Virus record (IMG/VR): IMGVR_UViG_3300037045_000362
Coordinates: 1-26,713 of that record
Strand: one strand, 5' to 3'
Source: a virus
Taxonomy: Duplodnaviria; Caudoviricetes
Length of the DNA: 26,713 nt
Positions within the stretch are counted from its first letter, which is position 1. Each line of letters begins with the position of its first letter. The position numbers and the translations under genes are program-made. Below the pieces are notes generated by a model. That model saw only the letters and a program-made list of their open reading frames with translations. It was not told the origin of the DNA and made no database searches. Shown one piece after another: positions 7,801 to 16,099 of this stretch.

Positions 7801-8594
7801 CACTAAAAAAAGAAAAGTCACAACCTAAAGAGCGAATATCTGTTGATGTTTCACTTGATGGAGTTACACCTAATATCCTCACAGAAGAAACAGTTAAAAG
7901 TAACATCCTTTATTTTGAAAGCTTCTTAAAATGGATTGAGAATAATTGTCATGAAACCATAGCCGAAAGCAAACTAGATGTCACAAGAAAATTGGATGGT
8001 AAAATTGACAAAGCAATCTTCATAGACTACATGGCTGAAATTGTTTCATTAATGTTGGAATCAGAAGAAAGAATACTGGTAACCGATGATACTATGTTTT
8101 TTAAATTCTTTCCAATTCAATCTCAAAGAACAATTAGTTCAGAAGTGTACTTCAAAAGAAGGCATAATAAAGACAATGCAATAAATATTGAATTTATAAA
8201 GAATAAATATATAGGGTTTACTTTAAACGATGAATTATTATATACTGAATACCTAAAGAAATTGAAAGGTCAAGACAATTTGTATGCTAATTGCATCACT
8301 AATATTTCACTTTTACTAGTTCCTAGCAAAGAGACCGTTTTTACAGCGATTAGCTTTTTAAAAAAACTTGCTTTATTGCCTTTTATTACAGAAGAAACAT
8401 TTAGACAAGATGCTACTTTTGTATTAGTAAGTTTATTAAAAGGTCAGAAAGAGATAAAACCATTTAGAATTTCCTTATCATTAATTAATAGAAATTTTAA
8501 ACACCTTGGTAAAAAGCGAGATTTAGTACTTGAAAGTTATAATGATGCTTTGACCATCTTGGAAATTAGCCACCCGCAGAGCCATGTAAATTAA
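4890..8594 (+). CDS. Large TPR / GreA-B C-terminal-like / PIN protein, predicted defence effector (cassette C cargo)
   Basis: Long helical TPR-like region, then VELGDYVSY...LAEKLIGHKKGDTVSI (GreA/B-C-like), then LVLDYSAL...ILVTDD (PIN acidic motifs). ATG at 4890 preferred over TTG at 4836. Confidence 0.8.
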   Translation: MEPLSSFAISIAAGIVLDYYKFTQSTVKNELKSAFKKALKLWTKNGDIRERNISSLERKFSELFASPEDLADIQTTDPDLESFIKKYDEALSGYHSAYNYLKEIKDLERFKREIGLLESIRDSLDELNEKVDYLNEKLQNVNLGIDKEWIRQLEVYKTNIQNFKPKTALGLITALEDSFGLNDYKPGNAINATIEFLKGQCYEFIGNTDAMHKCYIKAYKFDNSSFTYKEKASFAYVITKKVDDAIDLAKELLQFDDFNVIAWVVTTLTSEEKDLVKLLSVVPDLVRKDYNFKRIIFVTTRFDKQFTNVSEALEKYNILPALPVDDIEPLSFNNFKNRVFLIEAIFIKVLNVTFFDFNTSYTGDKKVVLKFKPILEDFLKQLENSEIKDRFSTIDFLNSYFEFVLNENEDSVIKMKTILENSKFENDFHVMFLTNCLQLIGKEKDAIEIINKKEKSKEIRLLEAHCYLKLGNIDKYVNLTNELLATIDFVDINTCHTLLSIQHMLLMHNRLSDLLTDEFIKDKSFEHSYLEVLLKSFSCLPNDLDKDLIIRNVKEIEEEVLKSDTGLIFYISLIYYKLSEFHLAIESFKKYVNVDSPSKELYYYILSLEKSQTNHKHLLFLLEKWRKQFPFHEELLRIEADLRRQLSDWKSCSEISLYYLTQYPTDESFLTLELIAINELEQPNKIERIQEISSFFRDFDFQHYVYAQNVAKILFQNGYHEISLEIQYRKAIHSNNIEARMDYFFLVLQMPAGIIKEREEVELGDYVSYSINEETKFLEISRGNDLAEKLIGHKKGDTVSIERPYTRQIDNINVKRIMDKYLYLHDLIIEEVQSNPYSGFPIQSIKFEDTTPEGMNKTFVSLFGADGTFRKEECENSFKRYYEYKLSFTEIVIQNLNSDYIGGYFHLVNFRDGVTLVPMPMYTDVSLTEKTELVLDYSALLIIFQISREQKIEYKSKFIIPKGMVDFIRFSLKKEKSQPKERISVDVSLDGVTPNILTEETVKSNILYFESFLKWIENNCHETIAESKLDVTRKLDGKIDKAIFIDYMAEIVSLMLESEERILVTDDTMFFKFFPIQSQRTISSEVYFKRRHNKDNAINIEFIKNKYIGFTLNDELLYTEYLKKLKGQDNLYANCITNISLLLVPSKETVFTAISFLKKLALLPFITEETFRQDATFVLVSLLKGQKEIKPFRISLSLINRNFKHLGKKRDLVLESYNDALTILEISHPQSHVN

Positions 8595-8688
8595 GCTAAC
8601 GCACATATCAACCGCACTACCAAATTTGCTTAAAAAGCATGTCTATCCATCGCAGGATTGACAGATAGAATAATGCACGAAAACCCAA

Positions 8689-8736
8689 TCGAGTGAACTG
8701 ACCTGCCAGCAAATAACCGACAGGAAGAGCCCCTCA
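8689..8736. repeat. R-flank hairpin repeat, copy 3, abutting the muF stop (possible terminator or recombination site)
   Basis: Minus strand CCTGTCGG-TTATTTG-CTGGCAGG stem with two G:U pairs, directly after the muF TGA. No U-tract. Confidence 0.9.
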
Positions 8737-9633
8737 CATCAACAGATTCTCAATCACCGGTACCGCATGACACCTGCATTGCGGATGCCAACCAATGAAC
8801 CGGAAAGACTTCGGATACTTTCCCTTCTTTGACTCACACACCGGACAGTTAAAGAAGCGGTTTGACCGAATAATTTCAATTCCGGCAACAAAGTCCAACT
8901 GTTGGTACTTTTCATAGTCAGCTACACGATATGCCATGTTAATCTCCGTTCTGGTGAGGCGCATGGCATTCTTGTATGAACTTCGATAGACACCGGGGCC
9001 GGGATGGTACTTCTGGGCATTTTTGGATAGGTGGAGTATTCCATGCTTGTCTTTCACTCTCCGGAAAAGCTTATCCGGATTATGAAGATACTGGCGCAAG
9101 TCCCGACTAAGTTGTGCGGCAGATCGTCCCTCTCCTAATGCAAGATCAATTCCCAGTTCCAGTTCACCTTTGAATTGTCGGGAGTAGCTCCAGACACGGT
9201 CGGACAATCCAAGCCCGTTTATTTTCCTTTCCTGAAATGCTTTCAATGCCTCCATGTTCCTGCTTTTAAAGCGTGAAAGCTGTTCAGATGATAGTTTGGT
9301 AGCCTGAGACATAAATTCGACAATTTGGTCGTTTTTAAAGCCCGAAGCGAGCCATTCCTGCCGGGACATCTCTCGAATATGAGAATACATCTGAGCGTTT
9401 AAAAGATTGATGATTGAATCCACCTTTCGCTGAGCCTTCGGAAAGTTCTCAAAAGCAAACGGAACAGCAGGACTGGCAACAATTCCTTCCACTATCGTAG
9501 CAGCTTCATTGATGGCCGACAAGTAGAGTTTTTGCAGTTGCAGAATGTACTGTTCGATGCGTTGGTAGTGCTGACGGTCGTAACTTATGCCAATCTCCTT
9601 GACGGTGTATTGTGTTTTGTTCATATCATTCAA
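8734..9633 (-). CDS. MuF / SPP1 gp7-like minor head morphogenesis protein (short form, no toxin extension)
   Basis: Follows the portal gene; motifs LSDRVW, NAMRLTRTEINMAYR, CPVC and GWHPQCRC. Confidence 0.9.
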   Translation of the reverse strand: MNDMNKTQYTVKEIGISYDRQHYQRIEQYILQLQKLYLSAINEAATIVEGIVASPAVPFAFENFPKAQRKVDSIINLLNAQMYSHIREMSRQEWLASGFKNDQIVEFMSQATKLSSEQLSRFKSRNMEALKAFQERKINGLGLSDRVWSYSRQFKGELELGIDLALGEGRSAAQLSRDLRQYLHNPDKLFRRVKDKHGILHLSKNAQKYHPGPGVYRSSYKNAMRLTRTEINMAYRVADYEKYQQLDFVAGIEIIRSNRFFNCPVCESKKGKYPKSFRFIGWHPQCRCHAVPVIENLLM

Positions 9634-9820
9634 GCGGAATAATCCATTTGTCGTTTATAGTATCTCCTACCCTGATACGGCCTTGCGCCCAAAGATTATT
9701 GAGCGCTTGCCGTACCTTTTCGTAAACATCCCTTTTAGTTGCATGGGTGGGATATTTACCAGCTGACTGTTTCTCCTTAACAATCTCTCTGATAACCTGC
9801 ATCAATGCTTCTTCTATCAT
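9626..9820 (-). CDS. Small hypothetical protein (possible winged-helix)
   Basis: 64 aa, overlapping both portal and muF as expected for translational coupling; ALNNLWAQGRIRVGDTIND. Confidence 0.7.
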   Translation of the reverse strand: MIEEALMQVIREIVKEKQSAGKYPTHATKRDVYEKVRQALNNLWAQGRIRVGDTINDKWIIPLE

Positions 9821-11265
9821 ACGGATGTTGGGAATGATTGAATAGTATTGAGTTCCTTTTCTTCCTGTTGAATCTGTCGAAGTTCTGCTTCTGCATCAGC
9901 AACAAATCCGGCCATCTTTACACCTGTTTTCTGCGACATAACAGCTTTATTTCCGGTTGCTGTCATTATCACTTCCAACTTATCAGATTCATCATCCATC
10001 ATGAAGGGAGTAATCATGAATTCAATATCCGTAGATTTGACAACCGAGGCAAGTTTGGTGTTAAAATGAGCTATGTAAGCCTTAACAACCGATGTTCTGC
10101 GCTGAAGGTATTCATCGAACACCTCCATGTGATCCTGCACCTTCAAATGGGCATCAAGAAACATCAGTTTAAGAGCCTTTCCGGATATTCCGGTACCGAT
10201 GGATTTTACGTTCTCAAAAGCGATGTTTGGTGTCTGACTAATGGTATAGATTAAGTCCAGCAAGGAAGAAATCTCCAACTTCACAGCTTCCGGAGCGTGT
10301 GTCCACGAAAGATAATTCGCTTCTGATTCCTTTTCCCCAACAAGGATTTTTCCGCTTTCTCCTTTCTTTGAGAAACCTTTAATGTTACCCTTTACAAATA
10401 TGGTTGGTGAGGAGTGGTAATCGTTCGTATCAGCGAAGTTAGATAAGAGTTTTTCCAGGCGTTCAATCATGCACTGCACATCCTCGTAATCGGCTGTTTC
10501 TGTTTGAGCGTAAACGATAGGGATTTTCCCGATTGGGTTTTCTTTGGGGAATCCTTCAACGACCGTTGCAGCACCTTCTGTGATGTCGAACTTATAGATG
10601 AAGTTATCCGTATAGGTTTCAAAGTACCGTTTGTTTTGTCCGGCATGTTTGGTAGTGTATTCCCGGGAAAACGCAACCATATCTCCGTAATCGTTGAAGT
10701 AGGGATAGAGTAAATCTCCCTTCATTGGGTTGAGTATTGTCATCCGGAGTTTATACAATGAACCTATACCATAGCGGGTTTCCTCTCCTTCCTCTAAGGG
10801 AACAGGATACCAGAGTTCTGCAATCTCGGTACAAGAGAAAAGAGCCTTTGCAATCTTCCGGTTAAGTGAGTTGATTTTGACATCGCTCATTATCTGTTGG
10901 AATGCCGTAAAAACCAACTTCTGTTGTTCACTGGCAGTTGCCTGAAGAACATATTCCACCGGATTGCCAAAGAGAAAGGATGCTGCCCGTTTGACTATCA
11001 GCTTCTGTAGGGCAAGGGCAATGCGAGCCACCTTTTCGGTTCTGAGCTCTCCGTTTTCGTTTTTAATGAGTTTGTTGGGTCGTTCTACTTCATCAAAGAT
11101 AGAGTGCTTTTGTGGGTCAATAGCAGCAACATATTTCTTGATGTCCGGGACTTCTGTTCCACGTCCCTTTTTTAGTTCCTGAATAATTTGTTCAGGGGTA
11201 AATTTTGATAATAATTCATCAACACGCATAATCATCAACTTAAAAATTTTAGTAAAATAATCCAC
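9817..11265 (-). CDS. Phage portal protein, SPP1 gp6-like
   Basis: FLFGNPV, NPIGKIPIVY, LLSNFADTNDYH, SQTPN, SGKALK; lies after the large terminase. Confidence 0.92.
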   Translation of the reverse strand: MDYFTKIFKLMIMRVDELLSKFTPEQIIQELKKGRGTEVPDIKKYVAAIDPQKHSIFDEVERPNKLIKNENGELRTEKVARIALALQKLIVKRAASFLFGNPVEYVLQATASEQQKLVFTAFQQIMSDVKINSLNRKIAKALFSCTEIAELWYPVPLEEGEETRYGIGSLYKLRMTILNPMKGDLLYPYFNDYGDMVAFSREYTTKHAGQNKRYFETYTDNFIYKFDITEGAATVVEGFPKENPIGKIPIVYAQTETADYEDVQCMIERLEKLLSNFADTNDYHSSPTIFVKGNIKGFSKKGESGKILVGEKESEANYLSWTHAPEAVKLEISSLLDLIYTISQTPNIAFENVKSIGTGISGKALKLMFLDAHLKVQDHMEVFDEYLQRRTSVVKAYIAHFNTKLASVVKSTDIEFMITPFMMDDESDKLEVIMTATGNKAVMSQKTGVKMAGFVADAEAELRQIQQEEKELNTIQSFPTSV

Positions 11266-12754
11266 TTAAATCCTGCACGTTATTGTGGTTGTGAGGATAG
11301 AAAGTATTAGCCAGAGAGTCAAACTTATCGGGTGAGCGTTTAAGACGTTCCACTAAGTCCTCCTTCTTCTCGATAGCTATGGAGCCGTTGGATTGGAACA
11401 CCCATTTGATTTCGGTAGCTTCTTCCAACAGCTCATCATTAGGCGGCAGACAGGGATAGTTTTTGTTCTTTGGGTCCAGCCAGTCACGAACACACCAGTA
11501 CAGATAGGCTTTCATGTTCAGGAAGGTATAAACTCCCGTTGCATCATGCAGTCCCGATGCACTTTCCGAGAATTTACAAGAAACGGCATTGTCAAAACCG
11601 AGTTCCAACAGCCGGGAATAAACACCTGCCCCCTCACCTATGGTATCAATAAAAGCCATTACCCTTTTATCCTTCAGATGCCGGGCAATCATTCCGGTTA
11701 CGTGCATATGGTCTGCCTTTCCTCCAGATTGATGTAGTTGAAAGCGTTCCACAAACTTTCCATAACGATGACAAAGAACCGAACGGTCACGACCCATTCC
11801 GGCCACATCCGCACCTATGATAAGTTTGGAGTGGTTAATGGGTGTTTCCTGCATGTAAATCTCCCAGTTCCGGTTGGCAATCTCTATCCATTCGTAAGGT
11901 ATAAGAACATCTTCTGATACCTTTGGAAACATCCCCCTGACCTTTACACGGAAAAGGTCGTTGGGCCGGTAGAAGTTACCCTCCCATTCAAAGTCACCCT
12001 CTCCTTCGTTGAAGTCATCTTCTGAAATAGGAGTTGTCCATGTTGCCACCTTATCCTTCACCCATGCATAGTCCACCTGTCCGGGAATTCTGTTTTCCTT
12101 AGTCACTACGTTTTCAGCATTGAGTGAATCCAACCGAAACTTGGCGAAACGTTCCGCTTTCATTGCCCTTGCAGCATAACCGGTAGTAACATTGGGATTG
12201 AAAACAATTAAAAGCCGTGAGTTACCTTGCAGGTTACCTTCAATAGCGTTGAAAGTGGTTTCAGTGATACCTGATGCCTCTGTAACGACAAACATCGTAT
12301 TGGAAGCGTGAAAACCAGACCAAGCTTCCGTTGCGTCATCCCCTGCTTTGAATCCGGTAAGAAACCATTCCTCGTAACTGGTCCGGATATCACCGGCCAC
12401 CAATCGTCCGGGCAAACAACCTGCATTTCGGAAAAGTCGCCTGACTTCCGGGACCATGATATTCAGCACCTGCCGACCTGTCGGGGCTGTCATTGCTACC
12501 TTCGTGTTCTCTACCAGCCTGCCATCTTTAGAGAATTTTGGAGTGAGGTAGAGAAAACACAAACTGGCACAAGCAGCCACAAAGTCTTTGCCCCGTGCAG
12601 TACCACTCGCCACGGCTGTCATCGGATTGTGTTGAACCGAAGAAATGATAGCTTGCTGTTCATGATCCAGCCGGGCTTTCAATACATCCCTGACAAAGCG
12701 GTTCCAGTCCTCCTGCCAGCTCTTGAATTTTGTTACGTACTTTTCATTCATCAT
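11249..12754 (-). CDS. terL: Terminase large subunit
   Basis: Walker A-like VASGTARGKD, APTGRQV, Walker B-like FVVTEASG, FNPN; nuclease motifs IGADVAGMGRD and SPDKFDSL. Confidence 0.92.
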   Translation of the reverse strand: MMNEKYVTKFKSWQEDWNRFVRDVLKARLDHEQQAIISSVQHNPMTAVASGTARGKDFVAACASLCFLYLTPKFSKDGRLVENTKVAMTAPTGRQVLNIMVPEVRRLFRNAGCLPGRLVAGDIRTSYEEWFLTGFKAGDDATEAWSGFHASNTMFVVTEASGITETTFNAIEGNLQGNSRLLIVFNPNVTTGYAARAMKAERFAKFRLDSLNAENVVTKENRIPGQVDYAWVKDKVATWTTPISEDDFNEGEGDFEWEGNFYRPNDLFRVKVRGMFPKVSEDVLIPYEWIEIANRNWEIYMQETPINHSKLIIGADVAGMGRDRSVLCHRYGKFVERFQLHQSGGKADHMHVTGMIARHLKDKRVMAFIDTIGEGAGVYSRLLELGFDNAVSCKFSESASGLHDATGVYTFLNMKAYLYWCVRDWLDPKNKNYPCLPPNDELLEEATEIKWVFQSNGSIAIEKKEDLVERLKRSPDKFDSLANTFYPHNHNNVQDLSGLFY

Positions 12755-13124
12755 CCACCTGACTTGCAGCCTTCATTAATTCCTCGAATGGATTAATGGT
12801 TAGCTGGTTGTCGATGGTTTCGATGTATCCACGTTGCTTGCCTTTGGTTTTGAGGAAGAAGAAAATACTTGCTTCCTTTTGCTCGTGAATATTTTTCTTT
12901 AGCATTGATTCTGCCATGTCGAGTACTTCTTCATCCAGCTCCTCTATCCGTTCCCTGAAATAAGGGTCGGTCTTCTTCCATTCATAAAAGCAGTTTCTCG
13001 ATATTTTTGTATGCCTGCATGATGCTGACACGTTACATGCGGACTTATCGTAAGCAGACACGAAGGCGAGTTTCTTCCTTCGTGTCGCAGCAGTTCCTGA
13101 GAACTTTGTTTTTTTATGTGTCAT
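12744..13124 (-). CDS. Putative terminase small subunit (N-terminal HTH)
   Basis: NVSASC....ISRNCFYEWKKTDP HTH and IFFFLKTKGK.RGY.E; directly upstream of terL. Confidence 0.8.
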   Translation of the reverse strand: MTHKKTKFSGTAATRRKKLAFVSAYDKSACNVSASCRHTKISRNCFYEWKKTDPYFRERIEELDEEVLDMAESMLKKNIHEQKEASIFFFLKTKGKQRGYIETIDNQLTINPFEELMKAASQVDDE

Positions 13125-13140
13125 ATTATGTCATTCCATT

Positions 13141-13818
13141 TCACTCGAATAATGTATTTTGAGTTGTCTGTTCGGGTTTAGCTTTCTCCGGCTGATAGGT
13201 TTTGTACTTAACGGATTTGAGCGTTTCAATCTCCGCTTTCTTTTGATTAGAAGCATTTAACCAAGCCTTATCTGTCCAGCGTTTCCGACAAGCATTCCGG
13301 TAATCCATCTCATTGGGTAATACCTTGTGATTCTCAACCAGACTACCTTCAGTAAAAAAGTCATCAATGGTTTTACCCTTGATTTTGCCCCTTCTGGTGT
13401 GGATATCCAAAGCATAATCCGGAATCGGTTTCATCTTTGTATCAACGAAAAGGTGAGAATCGAAATAGTAGTTCAACGCCCAGTCGGTATGCCTGCTTTT
13501 GGGTGAGTTAACCAAAAAGAGGATAGCCTGCACATAGGGCAATCGCTCCTGTTTCTTCTTGTCTCCCTTGTTGGAGGAGAGTTTCTCATACTGCCAGTAT
13601 AGAGAATTGATGATAACCGTGGCCATTGGATTGGCCAGCCCGATATCTTCAGTTGAGATGATAAACATCCGCTTCCATGCATAGGGAATGAAGCCACTTT
13701 CGTAGAGTTCAACTCCCCAATACATCGCCCCTTCTTCGTTACATCTTCTGATTTCTTTCTGAAATGCGGAAACAACCTCGAACAGGTCGTAACCGTTTAA
13801 TGTCGTCACTTGCTCCAT
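13141..13818 (-). CDS. Stand-alone RarA/MgsA C-terminal-like domain protein
   Basis: YD...VSAFQK.IRR...E.AMYW, KRMFIISTEDIGLANP and PKSR match the MgsA C-terminal region; no Walker motifs. Confidence 0.8.
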   Translation of the reverse strand: MEQVTTLNGYDLFEVVSAFQKEIRRCNEEGAMYWGVELYESGFIPYAWKRMFIISTEDIGLANPMATVIINSLYWQYEKLSSNKGDKKKQERLPYVQAILFLVNSPKSRHTDWALNYYFDSHLFVDTKMKPIPDYALDIHTRRGKIKGKTIDDFFTEGSLVENHKVLPNEMDYRNACRKRWTDKAWLNASNQKKAEIETLKSVKYKTYQPEKAKPEQTTQNTLFE

Positions 13819-13845
13819 AACTTTCTGTAAATTAGTTTTTTATAT

Positions 13846-14676
13846 TTATTCAAACTTACTTTGGGAAATGAAATTTTGCAAGCTTTCATCTTCGCAGTTT
13901 AACGAAGTATAACGATATTTATCTAAGTAGTAACTGATGTCCACATCAACACCAAACCAGCTTGAGCCGGGCTTTTCCTTCACTTCGGGGAAATCCTTCT
14001 GAAGAAGATTAATTGTGTTAAAAGCATCCTGTTTTCGGTCGTAAACCTGACATCCTCCCTTGTTGGCATTCTGTACAACCTTTAGTCCAGAAAGACCGTA
14101 ATTAAGCGTATGAAAGCCCTTTTTCCACATGTATAGCGATGTGAGGGTATCGGTGAACTCCCGCATTTCAGGATTGATTTCATCAATGGCATCTAATCTG
14201 ATCATGGCAATCCCCTGAAGTGGTTTATTAAAGTGAGTCCACTTGTGGATATTCTTTTTTGAGTAAAGCCAGTAGCGATACTGAGTAAAGCGAATCCCTC
14301 CTATAGTAGGGAATTGTTCCATTGCCTGATAGCAGTCAGAAAGTGTTTGAATGAATGCTTCAAGCGGTTCTTCCGTTTCTATCCGGGTAAAACCATCCAC
14401 ATCATCATCAAGCTGGAAAAGGTATTTGAAACCCTTTTCTTTAGCGTATCGTCTGATGTGATTAAGTGAATACATTAATCCCTGTTTTGTGGCCGGAAGT
14501 GTTTCTACTGCATTATTTAAGTAGTACTTGTAAAGAAACCGTTCTGTCGGTTCAACAAACACTTTTACGTTGGGCAGGTCTTTTGCCCAAGACATGGTTT
14601 TCTTTGTAATGTATTCCGGACGTGATAGTGAGGGAATACCTATGAATGTATCTTTGAAAAATGGTTGCATAATCAA
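13846..14676 (-). CDS. GREB1/TAGT-like GT-A glycosyltransferase 2
   Basis: IGIPSLSRP, YLFQLDDDV (DxD) and C-terminal NKGGC. Confidence 0.75.
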   Translation of the reverse strand: MIMQPFFKDTFIGIPSLSRPEYITKKTMSWAKDLPNVKVFVEPTERFLYKYYLNNAVETLPATKQGLMYSLNHIRRYAKEKGFKYLFQLDDDVDGFTRIETEEPLEAFIQTLSDCYQAMEQFPTIGGIRFTQYRYWLYSKKNIHKWTHFNKPLQGIAMIRLDAIDEINPEMREFTDTLTSLYMWKKGFHTLNYGLSGLKVVQNANKGGCQVYDRKQDAFNTINLLQKDFPEVKEKPGSSWFGVDVDISYYLDKYRYTSLNCEDESLQNFISQSKFE

Positions 14677-15419
14677 TAAGGGAATTTAAGTGAACGTTCT
14701 CCGATGTTTACATTTTGCTTTAGGGCAGTGGGTTCCTTGTACTGGATTGCATCTCCGAACTTTTGCCTTAAATATAGGGTATTTCTAATCATACTCTCAC
14801 GGGTGCGATAGTCATTACATCCACCTAAAGCAGTGAAGTTTCCATCAGTGACAAAGCTATACCGATTATCGATTAAGCAATATCGGTGCATGTAGATTGT
14901 CAGGCAGGAAATGTAATGGTCTTCACCTTCTGAAAGATTCAGGTCATAAGCCAGTCCATGTCCCCTGATGAAACCACAGAATGAGGCATTCATGTAACCA
15001 GTGTGAACAATGGGAGAAAAAGCATTGTATTCCAGTGGGTTTCTAATCTTTGAGAATGAGAAAACCCTTGCATTGATTTGCTTTGAGATGTATGCAGTTT
15101 GATTGATGATTTCCAGTATTGTTTCCGGGTCATCGATAGTTACGGAACCTTCACCAAAGAAGTAGTTCTTTCTTACCGATACCACATCATCATCAATCAT
15201 AAACACATCTTCATTGGCCCAGGTATCGAGAATCCATTGCCGGGTATGAGTAATACCACGTATATGCGAAGGAACACCCACAACTTCCGTTTTAGGATTG
15301 TGAGCTTTGTAATCTTCCACTTCACCTTGAGGAACTATAAGCGTGAGAGATGGAATAAGCCGGGTTGTACGGACATTATCAGCCCTCCCTTTTGATGGGC
15401 ACACTATTTTAATTGACAT
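14673..15419 (-). CDS. GREB1/TAGT-like GT-A glycosyltransferase 1
   Basis: IVCPSKGRA, GITHTRQWILD, VFMIDDD, GEDH and GGC. Confidence 0.85.
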   Translation of the reverse strand: MSIKIVCPSKGRADNVRTTRLIPSLTLIVPQGEVEDYKAHNPKTEVVGVPSHIRGITHTRQWILDTWANEDVFMIDDDVVSVRKNYFFGEGSVTIDDPETILEIINQTAYISKQINARVFSFSKIRNPLEYNAFSPIVHTGYMNASFCGFIRGHGLAYDLNLSEGEDHYISCLTIYMHRYCLIDNRYSFVTDGNFTALGGCNDYRTRESMIRNTLYLRQKFGDAIQYKEPTALKQNVNIGERSLKFPY

Positions 15420-16047
15420 TTGTAGCCTCCTCCCAAATTTCCTGAAAACGTTGAACAGTAAGTACGTGAGCTTCCCCTATTTTAGAGTTTTTATAATCCT
15501 TCATTTTCTGAAGTTTAAGCACATTCCTCAGCCAGTTTAAGTCCATTTCGTTATCACAGAAAATCATGATAGTTGAGTATTTCTCATTGAACTGCTGGAC
15601 TATCGGCATTTCTGCATTATCGTTGGTGATGGCTTTGAACTTTTCTTCGAACTCACTTTGGATTTTGCCTATCTCCTTATCAGTAAAACCAACCTCGAAC
15701 AGGAATTTTTTATCAAAGAACTCATTAAGCATCTCAAAGTCAAACTCAGCCTGATTCTTATTCAATCGCAGGTTAAGTTCCTTTTCACCTTGTTCATCCA
15801 GTGTTACTTCAATACAAGGAGCTTCGGTGTATCCCATCGCCTTAGCAATCTTCAGGCGTTGGTTACCACCTACAACGATATTCAACCTATCGGGATGAAT
15901 GTTTACTACCAATGGCTGAACAAAGCCAAAGGTTTGAAGTGATTTTTTGATGTCCTCCCTTTGCTTTGCTGTTATTTTCCGGGGATTATACGAAGGCTCG
16001 ATTAATGATTCGATGTCCTTGTATACGATTTTCAGATTGTTTTCCAT
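15409..16047 (-). CDS. ParB/Srx N-terminal domain protein
   Basis: YNPRKI, SLQTFGFVQPLVVN, IVVGGNQRL and LNLRLNK. Confidence 0.88.
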   Translation of the reverse strand: MENNLKIVYKDIESLIEPSYNPRKITAKQREDIKKSLQTFGFVQPLVVNIHPDRLNIVVGGNQRLKIAKAMGYTEAPCIEVTLDEQGEKELNLRLNKNQAEFDFEMLNEFFDKKFLFEVGFTDKEIGKIQSEFEEKFKAITNDNAEMPIVQQFNEKYSTIMIFCDNEMDLNWLRNVLKLQKMKDYKNSKIGEAHVLTVQRFQEIWEEATNVN

Positions 16048-16078
16048 ACTACAAAATGATTGTAAATATACAAATTAA

Positions 16079-16099
16079 TGCTTACATAATAAGCACTTT
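16079..16099. promoter_or_regulatory. Palindromic site TGCTTA-N5-TAAGCA-CTTT, copy 1 (upstream of the ParB-GT-terminase operon)
   Basis: TGCTTACATAATAAGCACTTT; the same motif occurs at 21187-21207. Confidence 0.65.

Noticed and set aside
8734-9633. MuF polymorphic toxin with an immunity gene
   Set aside because: There is no C-terminal extension and the downstream genes are on the opposite strand.
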